From an uncultured Holophagales bacterium (GTDB lineage: Bacteria; Acidobacteriota; Thermoanaerobaculia; Multivoradales; UBA5704): a stretch of 64,000 bases of DNA. Both the position numbers and the translations under genes were made by a program. The notes under the pieces were generated by a model. It had not been told where the DNA came from and searched no databases. It worked only from the letters and a program-made list of their open reading frames with translations. Each line of letters opens with the position of its first letter. Position 1 is the first letter of the stretch. The stretch spans positions 1,600,001-1,664,000 of the forward strand of contig CAWJGT010000009.1 in assembly GCA_963842525.1 (NCBI GenBank), read 5' to 3'. Positions 32,208 to 40,986 of the stretch are shown here, piece by piece.

Positions 32208-32623
32208 CCTGCTGCGGCGACAGGGTCTGGTGAGACAGGGAGACAGCGCGAGCCTGCTTCGAATGATACCTCGGAGGCGGAGGTCCGCAGCACGGGCGGC
32301 AGATCCGCCACGGACGTTCTCCTCGCCCGGCAGGGGCTGGAGAGCGACCCGCGGCTGGATCTCCTGGGCTGCACCGCACACCTCTACGAGATCACTCCTT
32401 GGATGACGGCAGACCGGGAGGGCTCACCGCCTCGGCCTTATGGCGGCAGCCCGGCGCTGCGACGCCGCAGGGATCCGTTCCTGCGTAGCTTCCGCCTTCC
32501 GCTTCCTCGACCGGCGGAGCCACCGAAGGGAAGCCTTGACGCGTGCCCACCCGAGCCGTGGGAAAGGCTAGGAGCCTGTCGGGAAACCCCTCCCCAGTGT
32601 CGAGAGGTGGTAAAATTGTCGGC

Positions 32624-33078
32624 ATGGAAACAACCCGGTTCCGCAGCTACGCACTCGGCCAGCTGTTGCTTCTACCTCCGGACCTGCGGGATTGGTTGCC
32701 CGAGGACCACTTGGCGTACTTCCTGCTCGATGTGGTCAGCGAATTGGATCTTTCCGAGATCTACTCCTCCTACGACGGCTCGCGTGGGGGGCGGCCAGGA
32801 TTTGACCCACGGCTGATGGTGGGATTGCTGCTGTACGGCTACTGCCTGGGAATCAGTAGTTCTCGCAGAATTGAGAAGGCTACCTACGAGAGCGTGCCAT
32901 TCCGAGTTATGGCGGCCAACCAGCATCCCGATCACGACACCATTGCGGATTTCCGGCGGCGCCACCTGAAGGCTCTATCCCGTTTGTTCGTTCAGGTCCT
33001 GCGTCTGTGCCAGCAAGCAGGTTTGGTGAAGTTGGGCCATGTGGCTCTGGACGGTACGAAGATGCGAGCCAATGCTTC
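32624..33078 (+). pseudogene. IS1182 transposase, N-terminal fragment
   Basis: LLPPDLRDWLPEDHLA, SSRRIE, PDHDTIADFRRRH and ALDGTKMRANAS, cut at the nested insertion. Confidence 0.92.
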
Positions 33079-33275
33079 TGTAGACGCCCGCCTTATTTCG
33101 TGACCGCCGCCTGAGTTTTTCCCAGTTTTCAGCGTGGTCAGGTAGATTCGTCGGCGCAGGAGTGCGGGACGATTTTGCCTGTGGAGAGGTCGGGCAAGGC
33201 AAGCGAAGCCCGCCGGGCTCTCCTTGTGTCTTTTGGCGGACCGGGGATGACCCGACGGGCTTCCGAGAGGAGGCC

Positions 33276-33839
33276 ATGTTAAGTCTGAAGGGCGTGGGCT
33301 GCAAGCAGTATCGAGAGCAGATGGACGGCGGGGCGGTTCCCGAGCTGAGCTGCCCGGATCCGGATTGTCAGAGGACCCGTCTGCGGGGCCACGGCTCCTA
33401 CAAGCGCTTCCTCGCAGGAGTGCTTCAGGCCTTGCGGCGGGTGCGGTGCCCGCGTTGCAGGGTCAGCCATGCGGTGTTGCCGGAGGACGTGTGCGCCTAT
33501 CGCGATTTGACCTTGGCGGCCGTGGAGGCGGGTCTGGCTGCGGGGAGTCCGAGCGAAGGCGCCGAGGTTTCAGGGCAGTGCGGCAGTTCGGGGGTGCGGC
33601 GGGTGCGGGGTTGGCTGCGCAGCGCGCACGAGCCCTTTGCCGCCAAGCTGCAGGCGCTGCTGGGGCCAGTGCCGGCTCCGTGGTGGCGGGGGGCGCAGGA
33701 GGTGGTGGGCCAGGCGGCGGGTTGGTTGACGCGGCTGCGGCACTTTCTGTGGTCGTCCTGGGGCTGCTTTTTCGGCGGAGTGAGCGGACTGTTCCGCCAC
33801 GGCCGGCCGTCCTGGCGGTCAGGGGAGGCCTCTCCATAG
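33276..33839 (+). CDS. Zn-finger accessory protein of the transposon (DUF6431-like)
   Basis: GAGGAGG RBS; CPDPDC...GHGSYKR...RVRCPRCRVSHAVLP. Confidence 0.75.
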   Translation: MLSLKGVGCKQYREQMDGGAVPELSCPDPDCQRTRLRGHGSYKRFLAGVLQALRRVRCPRCRVSHAVLPEDVCAYRDLTLAAVEAGLAAGSPSEGAEVSGQCGSSGVRRVRGWLRSAHEPFAAKLQALLGPVPAPWWRGAQEVVGQAAGWLTRLRHFLWSSWGCFFGGVSGLFRHGRPSWRSGEASP

Positions 33840-33930
33840 GTTGGTAACTACCCATCGCAGGGTTCTGCCACGAAGCTACTGGCGGGGGCTGTGGGATGGT
33901 CCCAGAGCCCGATTGCGGAGACTTCGTGCG

Positions 33931-35259
33931 ATGGATGAGAGCCAAAGAGAGCAGATTGCGTTGTTTCGCCACAGCGTCATTGCCGAGCTGATCAGCCGGC
34001 CGTTGGCGCCACGCGAAAAAGAGAAGCTGTTGTGTGCGATCGCGGAAAAGACGTGGACGATCCCGGGCAGCGCGCGCAGCCACGTCGGCCGTTCAACGGT
34101 GCGAGATTGGCTCGAGCTGTACCAGATCCATGGGTTTGAGGGGCTCAAGCCGGGCCCGCGTACCGATGCCGGGCGCTCGCGGGCGATCCCGGAGGAGGTG
34201 CAGGATCTGCTGCTGGCGCTGCGGGCCGAGCGGCCCGGTGCTTCGCTCGACAGCCTGATCCGCGCCGTGCATCTGTGCGGCCGCTTTGCGCCCAATCTGC
34301 GGCTGTCGCGCAGCAGCGTGCACCGCTTCTTCGCCGCCCAGGCGGTGCCGGCCCGCCAAGGGTCCAGCGCCGAGCCGGACGCTTTGGCTTTCACCTTTCC
34401 GCATGTCAACGACCTGTGGACCTCCGACCTGATGCACGGGCCCCGCCTGCTGGTGCCGGGGCGCAAGGACGGCGGCAAGACCTACCTCTACGCCTTCCTC
34501 GATGACGCCTCGCGCATGGTGCCGTTTGCCGCCTTCTACCTGGCCGAAAACGCCGCCTGCTTCCAGGACGCTCTGAAGCAGGCTCTGCTGCGCCGCGGCC
34601 TGCCGCGACGGCTCTACTGCGACAACGGCGCCACCTTCCGCACCCACCACCTGCAGGTCATCTGCGCCACGCTGAACATCTCCCTGGTCCACTCCCGGCC
34701 CCACAAGCCGCGCGGTCGCGGCAAGATCGAGCGCTTCTTCCGCCACGTCCGCACCGCCTTTGTCCCCCACCTCACCAGCGAGGTCCTCGCCGATCTGGCC
34801 CAGCTCAACCGCGTCTTCTGGGCCTGGCTGGAGGGCGAGTATCACCAGACTGCCCACGGCGGCCTGGACGGGCAAACGCCTCTGGACCGCTTTCTGAAGG
34901 ACCAGGCCCTGATCCGCCCGGCCCCCGAGCACCTGGAGGCCTGGCTGCGCATGAAGGTCACCCGCCGGGTCGGCCGCGACCGCACCGTCCACCTCGACGG
35001 CCGTCTCTATGAGGCTCCCGATGGCTATGCCGGTGAGACCGTCGACGTCCTCTACGATCCCTATGACCCCGCCCGGCCCGTCCACTTTTGCCGCAAAGGC
35101 CAGAGCGCCGAGCTGCCTCTGCGCCGGCTCGACCTCGCCACCAACGCCACCCTGCGCCGACTCGAAAGAAACAGCGAGCCGGCCAGAGAAGCGCCCACCA
35201 CCGGCATCAGCTACCTCGAGCTCATCGCCAAGAAGTTCTATCAGGGGGAGCCCCAGTGA
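33931..35259 (+). CDS. DDE transposase/integrase (rve core, N-terminal HTH, Mu-transposase-like C-terminus)
   Basis: LWTSD, FLDDASR, LYCDNGA and GKIERFF catalytic motifs; RRVGRDRTVHLDGRLYEAP tail. Confidence 0.92.
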   Translation: MDESQREQIALFRHSVIAELISRPLAPREKEKLLCAIAEKTWTIPGSARSHVGRSTVRDWLELYQIHGFEGLKPGPRTDAGRSRAIPEEVQDLLLALRAERPGASLDSLIRAVHLCGRFAPNLRLSRSSVHRFFAAQAVPARQGSSAEPDALAFTFPHVNDLWTSDLMHGPRLLVPGRKDGGKTYLYAFLDDASRMVPFAAFYLAENAACFQDALKQALLRRGLPRRLYCDNGATFRTHHLQVICATLNISLVHSRPHKPRGRGKIERFFRHVRTAFVPHLTSEVLADLAQLNRVFWAWLEGEYHQTAHGGLDGQTPLDRFLKDQALIRPAPEHLEAWLRMKVTRRVGRDRTVHLDGRLYEAPDGYAGETVDVLYDPYDPARPVHFCRKGQSAELPLRRLDLATNATLRRLERNSEPAREAPTTGISYLELIAKKFYQGEPQ

Positions 35260-36061
35260 ACCTCTATACCACCGCCTTCGGCTTCACCCGGCCGCCCTTC
35301 CACGGCCCCCTCACCGCCGACTCTCTGTTTCGGCCTCAGGGGCTCGAAGAGCCCACAGCCGTCTGCGCTACCTGGTCGACTCCAGGGCCATCGGCCTGCT
35401 CACCGGCGAGCCGGGCAGCGGCAAAACCACCGCCCTGAGGCGACTGCGCGACGATCTCCACCCCGACCAGGTGCGCGCTGTGTACCTGCACGACACCCTG
35501 GTCAACCCCGCCGACTTCTGCCGCCAACTCGCCCTTGCACTCGGCCTCCAGCCCGAATGGTCTCGCGCCATGACCTTCCGCCTCGTCCAGCAAGAGATCC
35601 AACGCCTCGTCAAAGACCGCCACATAACCGTCCTGCTCATCGTCGACGAAGCCCACAACCTCAGGCCCGACGTCCTCGCCCTCTTCCCCCTGCTCGCCAA
35701 CTTTGAATGGGACGCAGAAGGACGGCTTGCCTTTCTCCTGGCCGGTCAATCCGGATTGCGACAGATCCTGCGCCTGTCGCATCTGGAGGCCCTCGCTCAG
35801 CGCATCACCATCCGCTTCACCCTGCGCGGCTTCGACCGAGACACCACCTGCTGCTACCTCGAACATCGCCTCAAGATCGCCGGCCTGGATCGACCCCTCT
35901 TCACCGCCCCCGCCCAGGAAGCCCTCTTTGAAGCCTCCCAGGGCATCATGCGCAGAATCGACACCCTGGCCCACCACGCCCTGGCCGCCGCAGCCACTTC
36001 CAGAGCCAAGCTCGTCGAGCCCGAGCACGTCCTGCAAGCCGCCGAGGAGATGCGCTCATGA
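35256..36061 (+). CDS. ExeA-like AAA+ ATPase (transposition helper), frameshift near 35351
   Basis: GTG start overlaps the transposase stop; FGFTRPPF, Walker A GEPGSGKT, Walker B LLIVDEAH, LAGQ and LAQRI. Adding one G gives LEEAHSRLRYL. Confidence 0.88.
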
Positions 36062-36300
36062 ACACACCCGAACCCATCCTCGACTACCTGCAAAACCAGG
36101 TCCCCGAGTACCCGTTCGATCGCAAGCTCGACGAAGAGTTTGTCGACGAGCTGATCGCAGACTTCCAGGATCTCAACATTCTCGAGGAGACCAAGACCTT
36201 CAGGTGGTATCACAACAACCGGCCGGCCGCCCGTTTCAAGAACGTCCGTGTCGGCCTGCGGCGCTGGATTGCCAACTCCTGGGCGCGAAGACCAGAATGA
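36058..36300 (+). CDS. Small hypothetical protein (80 aa), fourth gene of the transposon
   Basis: ATGA overlap with the ATPase stop, GAGGAG upstream, normal composition, lies inside the element ends. Confidence 0.75.
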   Translation: MNTPEPILDYLQNQVPEYPFDRKLDEEFVDELIADFQDLNILEETKTFRWYHNNRPAARFKNVRVGLRRWIANSWARRPE

Positions 36301-36457
36301 ATCAAAGCAACTGCTGAAAACTCGGCCCCTTCGGTCAAAAACAGTCCCGGATTCCACCGCCACCCGGCCCAATCCGGGACTGCTCTCTTCCCCCTTCTGT
36401 CCGCCACGAAATATTTCGAAAAGGTGGCCACGGAATTACGCGGGACTCGACAGCTTC

Positions 36458-37389
36458 AAAACACAAGGCGATGAATTACGGACGGATGGAAGAGAAGATC
36501 GCCGAGTTGGAGGCGCAGGTGAAGGAGCTTCTGGACGAGGCTGAAGCGGTGGATACAGCCGAAGACGCTCGTCACGGCAAGGGGCGTCGAGGCGAAGAGT
36601 TGCCGGAGGAGCTTCGTTGGCGTCAGCAGCGGTTGGAGAAAATCCGGCAAGCCAAGGCGGCGCTGGAGGCTCAGGCGCAGGCGCAAGCCGAGGCACAGCG
36701 GCCGAAAGAGCTTGAGCAGAAGCCGTCTGCCCCAGAGTCTGGAGGCGAAAATGAGGAAGCTCCCTCGCCGGCTCCAGTTGCGCGGCCTGCTGAGAAGGCG
36801 CAACGCAACTTCACCGATCCAGATTGATTCGCGGATCATGAAGGATGGGGCGACGAAGTCGTTCGAGCAGTGTTACAACTGCCAGGCGGCGGTCGATAAC
36901 GAGGCTCAGGTCATTGTGGCGGCGCAGGTGACCCAGCAAGCCAACGACAAGCAGCAGGTTGAATCGCTGATCGAGCAGATGAAGACCAATCTGGAAGGTG
37001 AAAAGCCGCGTGTCGTGAGCGCAGACACGGGCTACTACAGTGAAGACAACGTAAAGTATTTGGAAGGCGAGCAGATCGAGCCATATGTGGCGACGGGACG
37101 TCAAAAGCACGGAGCCGACACCCCCGCACCGCGAGGCCGGATTCCTTCGCGTGCGACGCCGAAGGAGCGAATGGCTCGCAAGCTGCGGACTGTGAAAGGC
37201 AAGCGGGAGTATTCGAAGCGCAAAGAGACGGTGGAGCCGGTGTTTGGCCAGATCAAAGAGGCTCGTGGCCTGCGGCGGTTCCTCTTGCGAGGCTTTGCAG
37301 CCGTCCAGGCAGAATGGAGCTTGATCTGCCTGACACACAACCTGTTGAAGTTGTTCCGGAGCGGGTGGAGTCTGCCGGTGGCCTCCTGA
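36458..37389 (+). pseudogene. IS1182 transposase, C-terminal fragment with a 4-bp duplication frameshift
   Basis: NFTDPD-SRIMK broken by GATTGATT at 36822-36829; YNCQAAVD, SADTGYYSE, KRKETVEPVFGQIK and RFLLRG motifs. Confidence 0.92.
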
Positions 37390-37691
37390 GGCAAGCTCCC
37401 ACCCAGGCAACTCAAGGCCATGTCCTCCGGCGAGCTCGCAACTCTCGCTTCTGCTACGGTCGGATTCTCCCCAAAGTTCCTCGGGGCCCGGGATCCCGGG
37501 AAATTTGCCTTCCTCTAGCCGGTAACCCGACAGGCTCCTAGGGTGGAGGGGTGGGACGGAATGGCGAGCTGCGGCAAACCCTGGCCAGAGACTGTGGGCA
37601 CTTCAGGGGGGCCAAGGTGGCCTGCAACTTCATCGACGCCCCGGGCTCGGATTCAGGTCTCCCGGGCCAGCTGTAGGCGCCTCTCTTGCCC

Positions 37692-37709
37692 TGTACCAAT
37701 TTTGTACCA
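37692..37709. promoter_or_regulatory. Possible integrase arm-type binding sites
   Basis: Direct repeat TGTACCA-attt-TGTACCA about 120 bp inside the tRNA fragment. The function is inferred from position. Confidence 0.45.
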
Positions 37710-37827
37710 GTGCCGGCCAATACTCACCGGGTCTCGGTAGAGCCTGGGCGCTCCGGAGACCGGCCGAACTCGTTGTGCTCGTTGAGGTTACCGTCTGGTG
37801 ACATCTGGGGAGTGTCGGCGGGAAGCC

Positions 37828-37880
37828 GACTTAAAATCTCCCGCCGCAAGGCGTGCGGGTTCGAGTCCCGCCTCCGGCAC
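37828..37880 (+). tRNA. 3' fragment of tRNA-Leu(UAA), probable attR; not a complete tRNA
   Basis: GACTTAAAATC anticodon loop, long variable arm CGCCGCAAGGCG, T arm GCGGGTTCGAGTCCCGC and 3' acceptor strand CTCCGGCA. No GCCGGAG 5' strand or D arm upstream. Confidence 0.85.
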
Positions 37881-38012
37881 TACACCTTGCGTCGATTGGA
37901 CCTCCTCGGCGGCTCGTCTTCGCAACCGGGAGCCGCCCGGACCTTTTCCTTCCTAGAAGGTCATCCGCAACGCCAGGCTGAGGTCACGGCCGGTAGCAGA
38001 CCCGCGGTGTCC

Positions 38013-39308
38013 TCACTCCCGGAAGACCACCGGCACTCCCACCTCGATCTGTCGCGCCAGGAACACGGCGTCCCAGTTGGTCAGCCGGACGCAGCCGTGG
38101 GACGAGGTGTAGCCGATGGTCTCGGGCTCGGACGTGCCGTGGATACCGTAGTGCGGCTTCGAGAGTGCCATCCAGACCAGGCCGACAGGAGAGCTCGGGC
38201 CGGGGGGTAGGTGGGCCTCCGGCTCGGTGTCGGGCACCTCGTGGAAGAGCGACGGCTGGTAGTGGAAGGGCGGGTCGAAGTGGATGCCCGTCACCCGGTA
38301 CTGGCCATCCGGCGAAGGGTCGTACCCGGCCCCCAGGGTCGAGGGGAAGTGGTAGAGGACCGCCCCACCGGCGTCCAGGGCCTGGACGTAGTAGCCCTTT
38401 TTCGAGACCATGATCCGCGCCACCTGGAGGGACGCGGGTGCGGGCTGTGTCCCGTCCTCGAGGCTTGTCAGGATGTCGGGGACATCCGGCGCCCAGAGGG
38501 TTGTGCCGGGCTCCAGGTGCTCGAAGTCGAGGTCCGGGTTGAGCTGCTCCAGCAGCTCCGGAGCCGCGTGGGTGCGCTCGGCGTACATCTCGAGCGGCGT
38601 CTCGTAGCAGAGGCATTCGAGCTTCTCCTGCTGGTAGACGTCCTCCGGGGTCTTTACGAAGGGGCCGCGCAGGTCTTCCTCGGTCACCTGGATCTGCCGC
38701 ACGACCGGTTGCGCGCCGCCGGCCTGGGAGAGCGCCTGCCAGGTGGCGGCGTCGACCTCGCCGGTGGCGGGCAGCGCGTGCGCGAACTGGAACCAGTAGA
38801 CCGCCTTCGCGGTGTTCTTGCCCCAGTGCCCGTCGATGAAGCCCGGCGAGAAGCGGGCACGATCGAGGAGCACCTGCGCCCGCAGGGTCGTCGGCCCGCC
38901 GCCTTCCTGCGCCAGCGGCAGGGCCGGCCGGCCCTGGAGGGTATCCGGAGTGATCTGCTCGAATTTTTCGGTGGGGCGGTTGTGCGGCGCGGGTATTGGA
39001 TCTTCCTGGGGGACCGGCTGCGGGGCGGCGGGTTGGCCCGTGGTGCCGGGCTGCCCATAGGGTGCGCTCGCGGCGCGTCCGCGCCGGTCGAGCTCGGCGT
39101 ACTGCCGCCAGGAGGGATCGAGGCGCAGGCTTTCGAGCTTCGCGGCATCGTACTCGCGCGCGCGGCTCCGCGGCACCGAGACGGCCGGTCGCGAGGCAGG
39201 AGCGGTGGCCGGTGTCTCCTGGGCCTTGGGTGTAGTTTCGTCGGTAGCGTCTTCGTAGGTGCAGGCGGTCAGGCTCAGTAGATACGCGAGAAACAGCAGG
39301 CGTCGCAC
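38013..39308 (-). CDS. L,D-transpeptidase (YkuD) lipoprotein with peptidoglycan-binding domain
   Basis: Lipobox LTAC; IDGHWGKNTAKAVYWFQ PG-binding motif; YGIHGT...SHGCVRL catalytic motif. Confidence 0.93.
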   Translation of the reverse strand: MRRLLFLAYLLSLTACTYEDATDETTPKAQETPATAPASRPAVSVPRSRAREYDAAKLESLRLDPSWRQYAELDRRGRAASAPYGQPGTTGQPAAPQPVPQEDPIPAPHNRPTEKFEQITPDTLQGRPALPLAQEGGGPTTLRAQVLLDRARFSPGFIDGHWGKNTAKAVYWFQFAHALPATGEVDAATWQALSQAGGAQPVVRQIQVTEEDLRGPFVKTPEDVYQQEKLECLCYETPLEMYAERTHAAPELLEQLNPDLDFEHLEPGTTLWAPDVPDILTSLEDGTQPAPASLQVARIMVSKKGYYVQALDAGGAVLYHFPSTLGAGYDPSPDGQYRVTGIHFDPPFHYQPSLFHEVPDTEPEAHLPPGPSSPVGLVWMALSKPHYGIHGTSEPETIGYTSSHGCVRLTNWDAVFLARQIEVGVPVVFRE

Positions 39309-39384
39309 AACAGGTCTCCCTCTTTTCAGGCGCGGCAGGAGGCCGCGGCGGAGGTCCCTGCAACCTGCGTTCCGGCGGGAGCCG

Positions 39385-39909
39385 CTAGGCCCCGAGCCTG
39401 CGGGCCAGCTCGGTCATGCGGGTGAGGTGGTGGTCGTCGTGCTCGGCGGTGAAGAGGATCAGGTCGAGGACCCGCATGGGCTGCTTGAGCCGCGGGTGAA
39501 TTGCCGTGAGCGAGACCAGGTCGGGGTCCCAGCCGTCGAGGCGCTCGACGAAACGCCGGCGCTCGCGGCGGAAGGCCTCCAGGAGCTCGCCGGTCTCCCG
39601 CTCGTTGTGGCCGGCTTCCCAGGTCTTCTTGTTCTCCATGTCGGCGGGGCGGAGCACCGCGGTTCCGGCGAGGTAGTCGTCGAGCCGACCCTCCTGGAGC
39701 TCCTCCAGGTCCAGGAGGTGCCCGATGTGCTCCTGGATCGACCAGGCCGCGCCGTCCCGCCGGGTGAGGACCTCGCGCGATAGGCCCCACACCTTGTCCT
39801 CGATGCGCGCCGGCGTGCCGCGCAAACGCTCGACGACCACAGGGAACAGCGCGTCGGGCAGGGTGAAGTTGAAGGTGCGGTCCACCCAGCGGTAGCTCGT
39901 GGGGTGCAT
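39385..39909 (-). CDS. DinB/YfiT-family protein
   Basis: WSIQEHIGHL and EHDDHHL motifs. Confidence 0.88.
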   Translation of the reverse strand: MHPTSYRWVDRTFNFTLPDALFPVVVERLRGTPARIEDKVWGLSREVLTRRDGAAWSIQEHIGHLLDLEELQEGRLDDYLAGTAVLRPADMENKKTWEAGHNERETGELLEAFRRERRRFVERLDGWDPDLVSLTAIHPRLKQPMRVLDLILFTAEHDDHHLTRMTELARRLGA

Positions 39910-39924
39910 GGAAGGATTCTACCT

Positions 39925-40986
39925 CTACCGGTCGAAGTAGCCGCTCTTCGTGCGCACCTGATGCCCGCCGCCGCGGACGTCGACCTGGACCTTGTGCCAG
40001 GCGCCGTCGTTCTTGTCCACCGAGGGGTAGTAGCCGAGGACGTACTGCTCGCGCAGCTCGCGCAGGATCTTCCGGAAAGCCGGGCCCACCTCGGCCACCG
40101 AGGAGATGGTCTCGATCCGGCCGCCGCTCTCGGCCGCGGTCTTTTCGAGGAGGGCGAGCTGGCGGTCGTGGTCCTCGTGGGTCCGCCAGGACGAGGAGTA
40201 CCGGAGGCGCCGCCGGTCCCCCTCCTGGAGCCGGATCCAGTAAAGCAGGACGCCGCTGCGCTGCGCCGCCCAGCGGACGTCGTCCATGCCGAGCATGCTC
40301 TCGATGTCGACGCCGTCGGAGAGCAGCACCACGGCGCGCCGCCCCTGTCGCTCTTCGAGCTGCTTCAACGCCATGTACAGGTGGTCATGGATCGCCGACC
40401 CGCCGCGGGCCCGCACGCCCGTGAGGGAGGAGAGCAGGGACGCCGCGTCCGTGGAGAACGGGGTGCGGTGGAGGAGCTCGTCGGAGAAGAGCATTACCTG
40501 GATCTCGTCCAGGGGGGCTATGTCGGAGACGAATGCCCGCACCCCCTCGACGGCGGTCTTCAGGCGGTCGCCTTCCATGCTGGCGCTGGCGTCGACCAGC
40601 AGGGCTGCCGAGACCGGCATGTCTCCGCGCCCGAAGGTGACGATCTGTTGGGGGATGCCGTCATCCTGGATCTCGAAGTCGTCCGCGCCGAGGTTGAGGA
40701 CCGGCCTGCCGTCCCGCGTGACCGTGGCGTAGAGCTGCTGGAGCTCGACGCGGATCTCCTCGTCGACGTGGATCTCGGGGGGCTGGGAGCCCTCACCCCC
40801 CTGACCCCCCTCTCCCATCCGCACTCCCATCCCCCCGGGAGAGGGGGGAAAAGACGCTGCCAGGAAGTTCTTGGGTGGGGGCTCCCCTCTCCCGGGGGTG
40901 GGGAGTGCGGATGGGAGAGGGGTCGGGGGTGAGGGTCCCAGGGCGAGCAACGCCGCCACGGCGAGCCAGCGCTGGCGGACGGGCAT
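39925..40986 (-). CDS. Secreted VWA-domain protein (acidobacterial type) with an in-frame repeat insertion
   Basis: MIDAS DASASM, VLLSDG, TAAESGG and LREQYVLGYYP; signal peptide followed by a Pro/Gly-rich segment encoded by the repeat. Confidence 0.9.
   Translation of the reverse strand: MPVRQRWLAVAALLALGPSPPTPLPSALPTPGRGEPPPKNFLAASFPPSPGGMGVRMGEGGQGGEGSQPPEIHVDEEIRVELQQLYATVTRDGRPVLNLGADDFEIQDDGIPQQIVTFGRGDMPVSAALLVDASASMEGDRLKTAVEGVRAFVSDIAPLDEIQVMLFSDELLHRTPFSTDAASLLSSLTGVRARGGSAIHDHLYMALKQLEERQGRRAVVLLSDGVDIESMLGMDDVRWAAQRSGVLLYWIRLQEGDRRRLRYSSSWRTHEDHDRQLALLEKTAAESGGRIETISSVAEVGPAFRKILRELREQYVLGYYPSVDKNDGAWHKVQVDVRGGGHQVRTKSGYFDR
40790..40935. repeat. Palindromic REP/MITE-like repeat (CCCTCACCCCC...GGGGGTGAGGG)
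   Basis: Perfect 11-bp terminal inverted repeat with internal CCCCTCTCCC/GGGAGAGGGG hairpins; a related copy lies at 53987-54141. Confidence 0.85.

Larger units (their letters stand above)
33079..36452 (+). mobile_element. 3374-bp four-gene transposon with TGT...ACA ends and 5-bp target duplication
   Basis: GCTTC at 33074-33078 and 36453-36457. Ends TGTAGACGCCCGCCTTATTTCGTGACCGCC and (reverse complement) TGTCGAGTCCCGCGTAATTCCGTGGCCACC match at 22/30. Removing the element restores ANASKHKAMNYGRM of the IS1182 transposase. Confidence 0.93.
32572..37537 (+). mobile_element. IS1182-family insertion sequence (about 1587 bp when rejoined), interrupted by a second transposon
   Basis: Terminal inverted repeats GAGCCTGTCGGG (32572) and CCCGACAGGCTC (to 37537), flanked by CTAG at 32568-32571 and 37538-37541. 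Confidence 0.9.
1..37880. mobile_element. Right part of a putative genomic island integrated at tRNA-Leu
   Basis: attR-like tRNA fragment, arm-like repeats and IS accumulation beside it; DNA to the right is visibly more GC-rich. The integrase and attL are not in the window. Confidence 0.55.

Noticed and set aside
32208-32567. Short ORFs between the hydroxylase and the IS
   Set aside because: No motif or convincing start; at most a gene remnant.
37795-37882. Complete tRNA-Leu gene
   Set aside because: No 5' acceptor strand or D arm, only two anticodon-stem pairs form, and it ends CTA rather than CCA.
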